The notes under the pieces were generated by a model. That model made no database searches and was not told the origin of the DNA. It saw only the letters and a program-made list of their open reading frames with translations. A stretch of 64,000 nt of DNA from Alphaproteobacteria bacterium. GTDB taxonomy: Bacteria > Pseudomonadota > Alphaproteobacteria > MPNO01 > UBA830. The stretch lies in contig OZ219791.1 in the NCBI GenBank assembly GCA_964291215.2, positions 2,432,001 to 2,496,000 on the forward strand, read 5' to 3'. Within the stretch, counting starts at the first letter, position 1. Each line of letters begins with the position of its first letter. Of the stretch, positions 31,125 through 42,680 are shown piece by piece. The position numbers and the translations under genes are program-made.

Positions 31125-32102
31125 GTAAGCGTTTGTTCGCGCGGTGATGACGATCTGCGCCGAGGTTTGTTTGATGATTCGGAGAAGGGGGCTGATAAAC
31201 TTTTTTTGGCGGTGCTATCCGGTCGTGCATGGTCATGTGCATCGAAGATTTCGTGTCATCATCGGGTGCGGACGCCGCTGGCGACGTGCCGCAGTCGTCG
31301 TGTTGTGATTCGGTCACCTAGTCACGTGACACTGAAGTAAGGTTCATTGTAAAGTTGTGTCCCGAGTCGGACAATGGAGGTTATCTCGATGGGGCGCGGT
31401 ACGGGACGGCCGCTGGCGGCCTTGACCACTCAAGACCAGCACCGCCAAGGGCCGTCCCATACCGCGTGGCATCGCCATGACCTCCGTGTTCACACTCCAA
31501 CCGCCATCATACAATCATGCTTACTTCAGTTCCAGATGACTAGAAGTCCATGTACGATCGCGAGCGTATTCGAGCCGAGGTGGCGGAAGCCCCCGCGGCG
31601 GCTGCGGAGGGTCGCTGTGAAAAGCTGCGCTTGCGGCGAAGCGGTCTCTTGCGCTGGAGCAGGAGGTTGCGTGTCCGGGCCAGCTTCTTGCCGAGGCTGG
31701 TGTTGATGCGCGAAAGCGGTCGACGGTGGTGTCGCTGCGCATGGAGAAAGCCGGCCTGATGACCAAGGTGAAGATGCTGAAGGAGCGGGTCAGGGCGCTT
31801 GAGGCGAAGGGCGACAAGCTTCGTTCGAACAGGTCGTCGAAGTCGATGTACGGGCGCAAGAGCGAGAAGGGGTAGCGGATATCATCGAAGCGCCGCCGTG
31901 GCCAGCACAGGATGGCGCTCAGCTCCTCCTCCGCAGCGCCGGGACAAAACCGCAACCAATGCGGAAAACACGGCATGGCGCCAGTGCCCCTCACCGCGTA
32001 TCCCGGTGCACGAAACCGCTCCTGGTGACGCTGGAACTCCCTGACAAAAGCCCGTCAAACGGACGAAAACAACAACACCTCACCGCACGGACGAACGCTT
32101 AC
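31125..32102 (+). mobile_element. IS66-family internal-deletion remnant (no MTase)
   Basis: TIRs GTAAGCGTTTGTTCGCGCGGTGA / TCACCGCACGGACGAACGCTTAC; coiled-coil TnpC N-terminus ending MYGRKSEK. Confidence 0.75.
31318..31543. mobile_element. 226-bp CTAG-flanked foldback element made of two IS630-type left ends
   Basis: Ends CTAGTCACGTGACACTGAAGTAAG / CTTACTTCAGTTCCAGATGACTAG; each arm has a GGAGG RBS and a start reading inward (MGRGTGRPLAAL; MPRGMGRPLAVL). Confidence 0.75.
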
Positions 32103-32392
32103 GGGTCCTGAGCCTGTTGACGATGTCCTCGGCTGCGGCCTGCATGTCGGGCGCGGTTTCGAACAGCGGCGGGTGGTCGTGGAGCAGCGCTTCGGCGGCA
32201 ACCTCCTTCCAGTTCTTGCGCGCCACCGGATGGTCGGTGCCGAGATTGAGCAGCGTGCGCTGTCTGACCTTGTCGCCGATGCGTTGAGAAAGCACGAGCC
32301 GGTGGCTGTGAACGGGTTTGCCGTCTGCGGTGCTGCGGGTTTGGTTGTCCCGATGAACATGTTGGCTGGAGGCTCTTGTGGCGGCGAGGCCC

Positions 32393-33603
32393 CTAGTAGT
32401 CCACCGGCATTGTATTGATGGTTTTTGGTGGGTAGTATTCCTGTGTCGGCGTTCGTTGGAATCTGGACAGTGTCGATATCCACACGGGCAAGATGCCGAA
32501 CAGGCAGGCAGCCGCAGCCCCATGTGCAGGTCCGGACAACGGGAGCGGCGCAATCACAGGAGCAGCGTATATGGCCAACTCTCGGGGCAGGAAGCTCTAC
32601 CGCGTGACCCTTTCAGCGCAGGAGCGCCGGGATCTGAAGGCGATTGTCGACGGCACCGGGGCCGCCTGGCACAGGTCCTGATGCTGGCTGACGAGGGGGC
32701 GCTCGGCTTGTCGATGCCGACATTGCGCAAGGGCTGGGCACGGCGACGGTCGAGCGTTTGCGCAAGCGCTGCGTCCTGGAGGGGCTGGACGCCGCCCTCA
32801 GCCGCAAGGAGCAGGTGAACCGTCGGCCGAAACGGGGGCGATGGAAGCGAAGCTGGTCGCCCTGCTCATCCCCGCCCGAGGGCTGTGGACGCTGAAGCTG
32901 CTCGCCGGCCGTCTGGTGGAGATCGTCGAGCGCATTTCGGAAGAGACGGTCAGGAAGACGCTAAAAAAAGGAGATCAAGCCGTGGCTGAACTGGTGCATT
33001 CCACCGCACCGGAGCGCACAGTTCGTGGCGGCGATGGAGGATGTGCTTGACATTTATCAGCGGGACTTTGCCAGGGACGAGGTGCTGGTGTGCGAGACCA
33101 GCCGGCAGCAGGAAACCCGCATCCCCCGGTCAGCCGGAGGTGGTCGACTATGAATATGAGCGCAACGGCACGGCCAACCTCTTCCTGGCCTTTGCGCCCA
33201 ACGAGAACTGGCGCACGGTGAAAGTCACCGACCGTCGCGGGACTGGGCGCACTTCATCCGGGAGCTTGCCGACGACCATTTCCCCGACAGGAAGATCGTG
33301 CTGGACAATCTGAACACGCACAGTCGCTGTATGAAGCCTTCGAGCCCGAAGAGGCGGGTACGAAAGCGGTTCGAGTTTCGCTATACGCCGAAGCTGGCTC
33401 AACATGGCCGAGATCGGCGCGCTGTCGCGGCAATGCCTTCGGCGACGCATTCCCGACCGCGACACCATGCTGCGGGAGACCGTGGCGTGGGTCGAGCGCC
33501 GCAATGCGGCCGATGTCACTGTCGACTGGCGTTTCACGACGAAGGATGCCCGGACGAAACTGAAGTCTCTATATCCCTCAATCCAATAATGCCAGACTAC
33601 TAG
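32393..33603 (+). mobile_element. IS630-family element type A, copy 1 (degraded)
   Basis: CTAG-bounded ends CTAGTAGTC...GACTACTAG; A7 slippery site near 32963; DWRFTTKDARTKLKSLYP. Confidence 0.9.
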
Positions 33604-33894
33604 TGTCATGTCAACAATGATATATCGCATGGTTTGTGCTGGACTGTCCGTCCATTCGGGACGGAGGTCGGAGTATGAAACGCTACGTGGCGACCCTGGA
33701 CGAACGGGCAGAACTTTCGGAGATCAAGGGCTCGCACCTGCCGCAAAAGGTAATCAACGCCTTGCTCAACTGCGACGAGGGCGCGTTCAATGAATGCCAG
33801 ATGACCGGGAAGGTCATTGCCGGGGATTCTGCGCATCAGCATGCGCAAAGTAGACCGGGTGAAGAAGCGTTTCGTGGAAGAGGGGCTGGAGGCG

Positions 33895-35491
33895 GTGTGC
33901 CAGGCGAACTGGCGGAAGGTAGGGGGTGAAAGTCCCTTGAAACGAAGGAGTAACCAAACCGCGTTTCTCCGCGAGCGTCGGTTCCCGCGAGGGGGCAGGC
34001 GAAGCGTCGGTAGCGGGGCTAATGAGCACCGAAAAGCTCGTTATTCGGGGTGCCGAGGCTCGGTCGAAGGCAACATCGCAGGCATCGATTTGGTGAGATG
34101 AGCCCCGCGGTGTCCGAGAACCCGTCCGTACGCCTTCTGTTGGGACCCTGGGAGGTCTTCGAACTATCCCGCCTGTCGGGACCGTGTAGGGAAAAGAGAA
34201 AGCCGAAGCCTATGATGGATGGTTTGAAGAAGGGGCCCTGTGAAGGCGGCGAACAAGGGAGCTTCTGCGGAGTCGCTGGAGGAAAGGGCCTCGACCAAGG
34301 GGAATCCGGGACGCCAAAGTACGCACCGAACGCAGTGTCGGGTGCCACAGGCGGCGGACCGGAGCTGCAGAGAGGAACCCGAAGGAGCGTGCACTCTCAC
34401 GCCGGATGCGCTCCGGGCGGCCGGTCTGAAGAAGGAAGCCTCGGCAGGTGTCGACGGCGTGGGTCTGGACGAGCGCTTGCTTGATCTGCACTCGCGCTTG
34501 CATCGAGGGGGCGGGCGCCGCCGGTGGGTACCGGGACACGCCGCACTGGAGGACAAGATCGTCCAGAAGGCGGTTGTGGATGTGATCCTGACACCGATTC
34601 ATGAGGTGGATTTCCTCGGCTACGGGTTCCGACCGAGGGGCGCTCTCGACGCCCTGGCGTCGAGCGGCGCAAGGTCAACTGGATAGTCGACGCGGACATT
34701 CAGGCGTACTTCGGACATGGGGATTGGTTGATCAAGTTCCTGGAGCATCGCGACAGGCGGGTGCTGATCCGCAAGTGGCTGAACGCTGGCGTCATGGAGC
34801 GACACCGGTGCGGGCACGCCTCAGGGTGCCATGTCAGCCCCTGCGAACGTGCTTCTGCACCATGTGCTCGATCTGTGGTTCCACAAGGCATGGCGTCCGA
34901 AGGTTCCGAACGGTCAAGCGATCATTGTCCGCTACGCGGACGATATTGTGGTCGGGTTCCAGCGGGATGCGGAGATATACCTTCGCGACATTCGGGAGAG
35001 GCCGCTTTGGTCTCACCCTTCACCCGGACAATCGTCGAGTTTGGACGGTTTGCCAAGGCGATCTGGCGGGGCGGGTTCGACTTCCTGGGCTTCACGCACT
35101 TCTGCACGGAGATCCGGAGAGGACGCTTCAGGCTCGGTCGCAAAACGGGTCGCCGCATCGAGGAGGTGCTTCGCAATCGACGGCATCACGACATATGGGA
35201 GGTCGGCGGGTCTGTCAAGGCTGGCTCAACTACTTCGCCGTCCCGGGCCGATGGCTGCGCACGTTCCGCCACAGGCTGCAACGCCTATGGCTGCGAGCGA
35301 TCCGCCGCCGCTCCCAGCGCCACTGCTTTGACTGGAAGCGATTGGAGCGCATGACCGAGCTTCTTTGGCTGCCCATCCGCCACCCATGGCCGGACCAGCG
35401 GTTTACCGTCAAGCACCCGAGGCCGGATGGATTAGCGTCCAAGTCCGGATCTGTGCGGGGGGTGCGCAGCAATGCGCATCCCTACCGCGAC
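33895..35491 (+). mobile_element. Group II intron (class E-like) with frameshifted RT/maturase
   Basis: 5' GTGTG; 3' domain V/VI CCGGATG...TCCGGATCTGTGCGGGGG...CCCTACCGCGAC; LEDKIVQ, YGFRP, RYADD, FDFLGFTH and HPWP motifs; exons rejoin as GAGGCG|GCATTGGGT as in the intact IS630 copy. Confidence 0.9.
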
Positions 35492-35743
35492 GCATTGGGT
35501 GGCCGGCAAGGACGCCGTCCTACCTATATGCGAAAAGCCGACGGCACCTTCGAGGCGCGCTTGGTGGCCCTGAGTTGTGGTGAACCGCCTGAGGGTTACG
35601 CGCAATGGTCGTTGCGGCTGCTGGCCGACCGCGTTGTCGAGCTTGGTTACATCGATACCGTGTCACACGAGACGGTGCGGCGTGTTCTGAAAAAAACAGA
35701 CTCAATCCATGGCAGCGGATCAGGTGGGTGATTCCTCCTTAAG

Positions 35744-37440
35744 CCGAAGTTCCAGAAAATTCCGGCTGAAATGCACGTCAAGTCATTGATGCAGCGTGGT
35801 TTGTCGGATTTTTCGTGCGTCAGAATGTACCCATGTAATACGGTTTTGGGTGCTTGACATCCATGGATCTTGCGCCTATATGCAGTAGCCATGTATATCG
35901 AATCCGTCCCCAAGCGCTCGTCCCCGCCCGCCATCCTGCTCCGCGAGTCCTAGCGCAAAGCCGGAGCAGTCAAGAAGCGCACCCTCGCCAACCTTTCCAA
36001 GCCCGCTCTCATCGAGGGATTGCGCATTCTGCTCAAGGGAGGAACCGCAGGTCTCGACGACGCCTCGTCCGCTCCCTACCCCATGTGGCCGCGGTGCTGG
36101 GAACCCTGAAGAAACTGGACCGGCGGATCGACCCGAAGCCTTCTCCCGAGCGCGATCAGGTTCTCGCCATGATCGTGGCACGCATCCTCGAGCCCGCCTC
36201 GAAGCTGGCCAGGGGGATGGCCACAGCGGTCAGCACTCTGGGCGAGCTCCTCGATGCGGAGATGGACGAGGACGCCCTCTACGGCTCCTGGAACGTCAGG
36301 AGAGGATCCCCTGGCGGCACCTCGAAGAAGGCTGCCTGGTGCTCCTGACTTCCGTGTGGATGGAGGGGTGCCCCTTGGCCAGGCGAGGTCATTCCCGGGA
36401 TGGCAAGAAGGGCAAGCTGCAGTCGGCCTTCTGTGCGACCGGGACGGGTGTCGGTGTTCCCCGGCAACACCCGGCGACGCTGTCCTCGCAGATCACCACG
36501 CTGCAGGAGCGGTTCTCCCTGGCGAAGGTGGTGGGGGATCGGGGGACCGAGGCGCGCGAGGAGGTGAAGCCTGCGGGCCAGCGCCTTGAGGGGCATCCGT
36601 TCCCTGGTGGAGGCCGGCGATGTCGAGATGTCGCTCTTCGACGAGAGGGACTTGGTGGAGATCACCAGCGATGCGTATCCCGGCGAGCGCCTCTGCCGCA
36701 ACCCGCTGCTGGCCGAGGACCGGAAGCGCCAGGAACTGCTCGAGGCCACCGAGGCTCGCACCGATTGCCGCAGCGAGACCAGCGCCGGGCGCCGGGAAGA
36801 TCGGGGAGCGGAAGGTCATCGGCAGGATGGCCAAGCATTTCACGTGGTCCATCGACGACGAGGGGGTCTTCACCTATGGGCGCGATGCGGCTGCCATCGC
36901 CGCCGAGGCCCAGCTCCTCTACGTGATCCGCCTGCCGCAGAGCGAGCTCGACGGTCCCGGCACGGTGCGGACCTACAAGCGGTTGAGCTCCGTGGAACGG
37001 GCCTTCCGCAGCCTCAAGGACCTGAAGGTGCGCCCCGTCTACCACCGCCCCGAGTCCGCGTCTTCCTGTGCATGCTCGCCTACTACATCGAATGGCACAT
37101 GCGACTGAAGCCCATGCTGTTCGACGACGAGGATGCCGAAGGCGGCCGTCCGTCGTGGCGCCGGCAGAAGTCTCGGCGAGCGCCCGGGCCAAGGCGGCCA
37201 CGAAAAGGACGCCCGGAGGGGCACAGCTTCCGCACCCTCATCGGCGATCTTGCGACCCGCAACACCGTGGCGCCCCGCCTTGCGGGCGCCGAACCCTTCC
37301 AGGTCACCACACGGCCCACGCCGCTCCAGAGAAGGGCTTTCAAGCTCCTGGGCGTGAAGCCATAGTGTACCCAGACCGCTGAAATGTATAGAATGTCATT
37401 TCTATCAGGCACTTACGTATGATCGGCTCTGGAACTTCAG
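35744..37440 (+). mobile_element. IS1634-family element, second subtype (degraded)
   Basis: TIR CCGAAGTTCCAGA / TCTGGAACTTCAG; 6-bp TSD CTTAAG; MYIESVP..ILLRES, KRTLANLS, GHSRDGKKGKLQ and VERAFRSLK motifs. Confidence 0.88.
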
Positions 37441-38299
37441 CTTAAGGGAACGCCGACTTCGCCGCAGCGAAGGTGCTCGATGTCTGTCGCCGCTCCCATG
37501 ATGCCGCCTTCCCCGTGGTCTGCATGGACGAAACGCTCCTGATCGGCGAGACACGGCAACCGATCGCCATGGCGCCGGGACGGGCGTGACGACTGCGAGT
37601 ATCGACATTGCGGCACCTGCAACGTATTCACGGAACCCTTGGCCGGCAAGCGCATGACCAAGGTAGCCGAGCGCAGGACCAGGATCGACCGGGCGCAGCT
37701 CCTGACCGACATCGCCGGGCGCTACCAGGACGCCACCACCATCCCCCTGGCGATGGACAACCTCAGCACCCTCCGGCGCTCTCTACGAGGCCTGCTCGCC
37801 GGACGAGGCCTTGTGGGACCGATTCGAGTTCGTCTGCATCCCCAAGCACGGCAGTTGGCTGAACGTGGTGGATCCCAATGCTGCGGGATATTCCTAATCG
37901 TGTATAAAACGCTGATATTACGTATTTTTCCAGCTATCCTGAAAATCAAACCTCTTTCCAGATAGCGGTCCGAGACCGGACCGATCCGAAATGGGGCGTT
38001 GCCGGCTCGCGCATGCCGGTAAACGGTCCGTCGCCCGTCGCGCGCGTGAAACGCCGTCGAGTTGTTCGGCGGGTGGACGGGCAAGCGGCGATCGGCCGTA
38101 CATCCGCGGACACCGGTCCGAATGCGCCGGGCGGCAATCGTGTGGCGGCCGTGAACTTCGGGGGTGCGCGCATCCGGCGTGTCTGCGGGCTGGCGCGCAT
38201 GTCCGGGGCGATGGAAATCCCCCGACCTATTCCTTTGCAAGACAGGGCGGCGGCCTCCAGAGTGGCGCCGGAAAGGACCTGGACCTGGAGGAGAGCGGG

Positions 38300-38400
38300 A
38301 TGGGCGCGATCGAACCGGAATTCATGGACACGCGGCATGCGGCGGCGCGGCTCGGGCTCTCGCCCCGCCCTCGGACGGTTGCCGGATGAGCGGGGGCGCC
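38300..38400 (+). pseudogene. Excisionase/AlpA-like HTH fragment
   Basis: GGAGGAGAG RBS; MGAIEPEFMDTRHAAARLGLSPR. Confidence 0.6.
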
Positions 38401-38444
38401 CAAAGGGTGGCCAGAACCTCCACACCGGCTTCAGCCATCTCTGT

Positions 38445-38498
38445 ATCGACAATCTCGACATCAAGTTCGGCATCGACAATCTCGACATCAAGTTCGGC
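38445..38498. repeat. Perfect 27-bp tandem duplication
   Basis: ATCGACAATCTCGACATCAAGTTCGGC x2. Confidence 0.95.
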
Positions 38499-38881
38499 GA
38501 TCATGCCCGCAGTCTCCGATACGTTCATCAGTATCCTCCCGGACCCGGCAGAACCTCGTCCGGCGCCATCGGAGGACGGCGGGGGTCGACTTCGCAGGCG
38601 ATAAGCGTGCCAGTCAACATGATTCAGCGTGCCGCCTAGCGTCGCTGCTGCCGCGGCCGGTCCGCTCGTGCTCTCCTGATAAGGTCATCCACCCGAGCGA
38701 TCATGACGCTCAGGTCGTTGGGCTCCGGCAGCCCACCGGATCGTGCCTCTGTATGACTGTGCCCTTCGATGTAGGATGACAATTCGTAACTGCCCAGGTC
38801 TGCTTCCGGCGATCAGCCACGGGTTATGGACTGAAGCTTCCGTTCTGCTGCCGCGGACGCGGAGGCGAGCGGCGGGGGATT

Positions 38882-40290
38882 TCAGAGGCGCAGTCTCGGG
38901 ATCAGCTGCATGGGATCGGGATGCGCCAGGGTTTCGAGGACATTCCAGCGTTGCTTTCGGGCTGTTGCGATGACGGAACGCAGGCTGGCGAAGTCGCGGG
39001 CGCCTTGCATTGATCGGAAGCCGCCCGAGATTTTCTGGCGCAGCTTGCCCATGCGGAGGTCGCGCTCGGCCTGGTTGTTCGAGAAGGGGGTTCTCGGGTC
39101 GGTGAGGAAGCGCAGGCAGCCCTCCTTGTATTTCTGGAGCCGGAGGGCGAGGTTGTGACCGATGCGGCGCTTTTGTCGTCCGTGCTTTCCGCTCTGGAGG
39201 GGCGCCATCTCTTCGTGAGAGGCGATGGCCTGCTCAAGGATGCGGTCCCAGGCTCGGGAGATGCGGGCCACCAGTGAAGCGGGCAGGTCGCGGTCATTCT
39301 TGCGGGCGAAGCGGGCGGCTCTGTTGGCACGGCTGAGGAGCCGGTGCGTGGTGGCTGCCCAGTTCTCGATCTCGATCAGGGCTTGGAGTTCGCGCAGGTG
39401 ATGGGCATTGCAGGCCCCGTGGCGCACGCCTTGGAGAGCGAAGTAGGTGGCGTAGTCGTCATGGATGACGATGCCGTTGAGCTTCTCGTCGATGTGGCTG
39501 CGCCCGGCGGCGATGCGCAGGATGGTCAGCAACGGGGTGCACAGTACGTGGAGCCATTGGGTCCGGGCGGCGATGCGGATGCCGGTCTCGTCGAGGTGTT
39601 TGACCGGGGCCGCGGTGCGGATGATCTCGCCGACACGGTCGAGGAAGCCCTCGAAGCGCCGGGCGGTGCGTCTGCCCATGGCGGCGATGGTGGCGGTTGA
39701 GAGCCTGACCGCGAAGAGGTCGCTCATGACTTCGGCGACGCGCTTCTCCGGAATGAACTGCGCGTGCAGCAGGTAGGTCACCCACGCGGTGATACGCGGC
39801 CCGTACTGGACCGGGGCGCCGTTCGGGAAGACGGCTGTCGTCACGGTGCCGCAGGCGGCACAGAGGCAGCGGTGCTCGGTGACCTCAAGGGGCTGCGGCA
39901 CATCGAAGACCTGCCGGCAGACGGGGGCTCGGTGACGCTCAGCGGCCGACAGCGGCGCGCCGCAGCCCGCACAGGCGCAGGGATCATGATCGACGACATG
40001 GTCGGGCGTCGCGGTCCGCTCCAGAGTGGTTCCCTTGTGGCTGGCCGCCGCCTGTCGGACGTGCCGCTCCGGGTGCGCTGGGGTCCGCTCTTCTTCTTCA
40101 GACCGTCGCTGGCCGGCGACCGGGAGCTGGTGGTGCTGTCGAGCGCGGCACTGCGCTCGAGTTCGGCAATCCGCTCGCGCAAGTGGGCGTTCTCCCGCTC
40201 CAGCGCGTCGTTCTCCCTGACCAGCGCCGCGCTCAGGCGCAGCAGCCCCTGGCCCGGATGGCTTTGATGACCGTCATCGCCAGGCATTGT
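38882..40290 (-). pseudogene. IS66 TnpC transposase (C-terminal 339 aa in frame; N-terminus frameshifted)
   Basis: TEHRC.CAACG, QYGP, HLDETG, CNAHHLREL and PFSNNQAERDLRMGKLRQKISGGFRS motifs. Confidence 0.9.
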
Positions 40291-40355
40291 GGGGTGAAAA
40301 GGTCCTGCAGGCACGCAAAAGCCTCGTCGTGGCCGGCGAGGTCCTCGCGCCACCG

Positions 40356-41015
40356 TCACGGGACCTCGCCGGCCATGATCGCGGCCAGCACCGCCAGGCG
40401 TTCGCCCGCCGGCATGGCCTCGTAGAGCCGGCCCCAGTTGGCCGCCTTGCGCTTGATGCGCTGGCGGTCGGTGAAGTTCCGGCCGGCGAAGCGCGCCCAG
40501 TGCACCCGGTCGGGCGCGAAGTTGAACCACACCACCTCGGTCCGCACCCGGGCCTGGGTCGTCACCTGCAGCGCCAGCCGGCGCCAGCCCGACAGCAGGT
40601 CGTCATAGAGCGCAGACGGGTGGCCCGAGACCATCACCTGGCAGGGCAGACCCTTGAGCAGCTCAAGCAGCGCGACGTGGTCGGCCTCCGCATACTCGAA
40701 GCGGTAGCGCTGCGACGAACGCCGGGTCGCGTGCAGATAGGGCGGATCGCTGTAGACCAGCTCCGGGCCCAGAAACGCAAACGACGCCAGAAAGGAGTGG
40801 GCGCAGCCATGCACCAACTCCACCGGGTAGTCGCAGCCAAAGGCCTCAAGCGCCCGCTCATCGAGGTCGATCCCGATCGAGCGCACGGCAGCAGGCTTGC
40901 GCTTCATCAGCGCACCGCCCCCCAGGTGACTCTCGATATAGACAGAGTGCGGCGGCATCAGCGCAATCAGCGCCTGGCTCAGACCCGTCGTCGCCTTCGA
41001 TCCGAAATACCCCAC
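40356..41015 (-). CDS. Dam/D12-class N6-adenine DNA methyltransferase with C-terminal helical extension
   Basis: YFGSK, YIESHLGGGA (SAM-binding variant), IGIDLD, LVYSDPPY (catalytic), MVSG and RTEVVWFNF; GGGAGGAG RBS before GTG; open frame. Confidence 0.88.
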   Translation of the reverse strand: MGYFGSKATTGLSQALIALMPPHSVYIESHLGGGALMKRKPAAVRSIGIDLDERALEAFGCDYPVELVHGCAHSFLASFAFLGPELVYSDPPYLHATRRSSQRYRFEYAEADHVALLELLKGLPCQVMVSGHPSALYDDLLSGWRRLALQVTTQARVRTEVVWFNFAPDRVHWARFAGRNFTDRQRIKRKAANWGRLYEAMPAGERLAVLAAIMAGEVP

Positions 41016-41259
41016 CAGCCGCTCCTCCCATGCGAGAGGGCAACCCATAGGCGCGCGCGCCTATGCAGTCAAGGCCGAGAGCAGCGACACGGCGAACAAA
41101 ATCAGCAAGCTCTCACACTTGGCAGGGTACCTGGGTAGTTACGACAATTCTTCGTACGACCCGATGATGTCCTCAATCAGACCGTCATCCCAGTGTACCC
41201 TCCTCAGGCCGGTTACAATTACCCGATCCGTCCACCGGTTGACGACCTGCTTCAGAAGG

Positions 41260-42680
41260 TGGTGTGGGGTGCAGGTCCCGTATGGCAATTGTAACCATTT
41301 GATTTATTGAGATTTTATGTTCGTTTCGGATGGCCTTTGGGGGCGATCGGTGACAATCGGGGTTTCGGGGTCGGGATTTTGTCACGGCCGCTCGGTGGCA
41401 GGGCCGGAAGCGGGACCGCTCCGCCCGCCGGAGGCGGGTAGGATGTCGTTCTGAAGCAATCGCAACCACAGGAGCGACCCCATGGCAGTTTCGCAGTCTG
41501 CATTCTGCTCGTCCATCGATCTTGCCGGCTCGGATACTGGAGGCGCTGTCGGGGCTGGTTGCGGTTTGTCGTGAGCCGCCTGCTTCCGCGCCATGCGGGT
41601 TGCATTCGAGGAAGCGGAGCTTCGTGTTCGGGAGAGCGTGAACGCGCTGGGCTGCGCGGTTCCGGGAGCTTGGGTGGAAGGTCTGGACGACGGGGCGTTG
41701 CGGGTCGAGCAGGTCGGGCAGTGCTGGTTCCGGGTGCCGGCGACGCCGAAGACGATCATGAGCATGCTCGGCCCGGTGAAGTACAGCCGGGCGCGCTATC
41801 GCCACGGCGTGGGCGGCCCCTCGTTCGTGCCGGTGGACGAGAGCCTGGGGCTGGTGAACGACTACCTGACGCGCCCGGCCGCCCGGATCGGGCTGATGAT
41901 GATGGGTCACGGCACGGCGCGGGAAGCGGAGGGGTTCTTCTCGGAGATGGGCGCCATGAGGCCGTCGGCGAGCACCTTGCAGCGGCTCGCCTGCAGCCTG
42001 CATGAACGCTGGGAGGGCCTGGGGCCGCAGGCGCTGGACAGTATCCGCAGCACGGAAGACATCACATCCGAGGCGGTCAGCGCCTCGGTCTCGCTCGACG
42101 GCGTCATGGTGGCGCTGCGCGCCGGCGAGGACGGGCGCGACGAGGCCTGCTGGCGCGAGGCCGCCTGCGGCACGGTCTCCTTCCACGACGGGGAGGGCGA
42201 GCGGCTCAGACCCTCTACTTCGCCCGCATGCCGGAGAGCGACAAGCCCACGCTGAAGGCCCAACTCGCAAGCGAGGTCGCGCATATCCGCCAGGCCAGGT
42301 CCGACATCGCCGTCGCCGACGGCACCCCCGACAACTGGACCTTCCTGGAGAGCCTCCCGCCCGAAGCGCAAGCCGTCGACTTCTGGCATGCCTGCGAGCA
42401 TCTCCGCACGGCCTCCGACCATGCCGTCGATCCCCGCTGGTTCGAGACTTGCCGCCATATCCTGCGTCATGACCCGTGCGGCGTCGCCAAGGTGATCCGG
42501 GCGCTGCGCTATCTGCGCGACAAGGCAGGCAGTAACCGCGCCGCGCGCAACGCCGTCGAGCGCGAACTCGCCTTCTTCCGCAAACACCGCAAGCGCATGC
42601 GATACCGCCACCTCAGCGACCGCGGCGTCGCCATCGGCTCGGGCGTCGTCGAGGCCGCCAACAAAATACTCATCACACAG
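41260..42680 (+). mobile_element. ISKra4/ISLre2-like (IS256 superfamily) transposase remnant
   Basis: SLDGVMV, WREAACG, ADG..DNW, DFWHACEHL, RMRY and IGSGVVEAANK motifs; truncated at ~42680. Confidence 0.8.

Larger units (their letters stand above)
38786..41142 (-). mobile_element. IS66-family element carrying a DNA adenine methyltransferase gene
   Basis: TIRs GTAACTGCCCAGGT / ACCTGGGTAGTTAC; 8-bp TSD GACAATTC (38778-38785, 41143-41150); contains only MTase and tnpC. Confidence 0.93.

Noticed and set aside
33895-35491. RT as a retron, DGR or defence RT
   Set aside because: Intron termini, domain V/VI and a precise exon junction identify a group II intron; no TR/VR pair or msr-msd seen
38445-38498. 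27-bp duplication as a functional repeat
   Set aside because: Only two copies in degraded DNA; most likely slippage
40356-41015. Restriction-modification system
   Set aside because: No cognate endonuclease within the element; the GIY-YIG gene at 55 kb is unlinked
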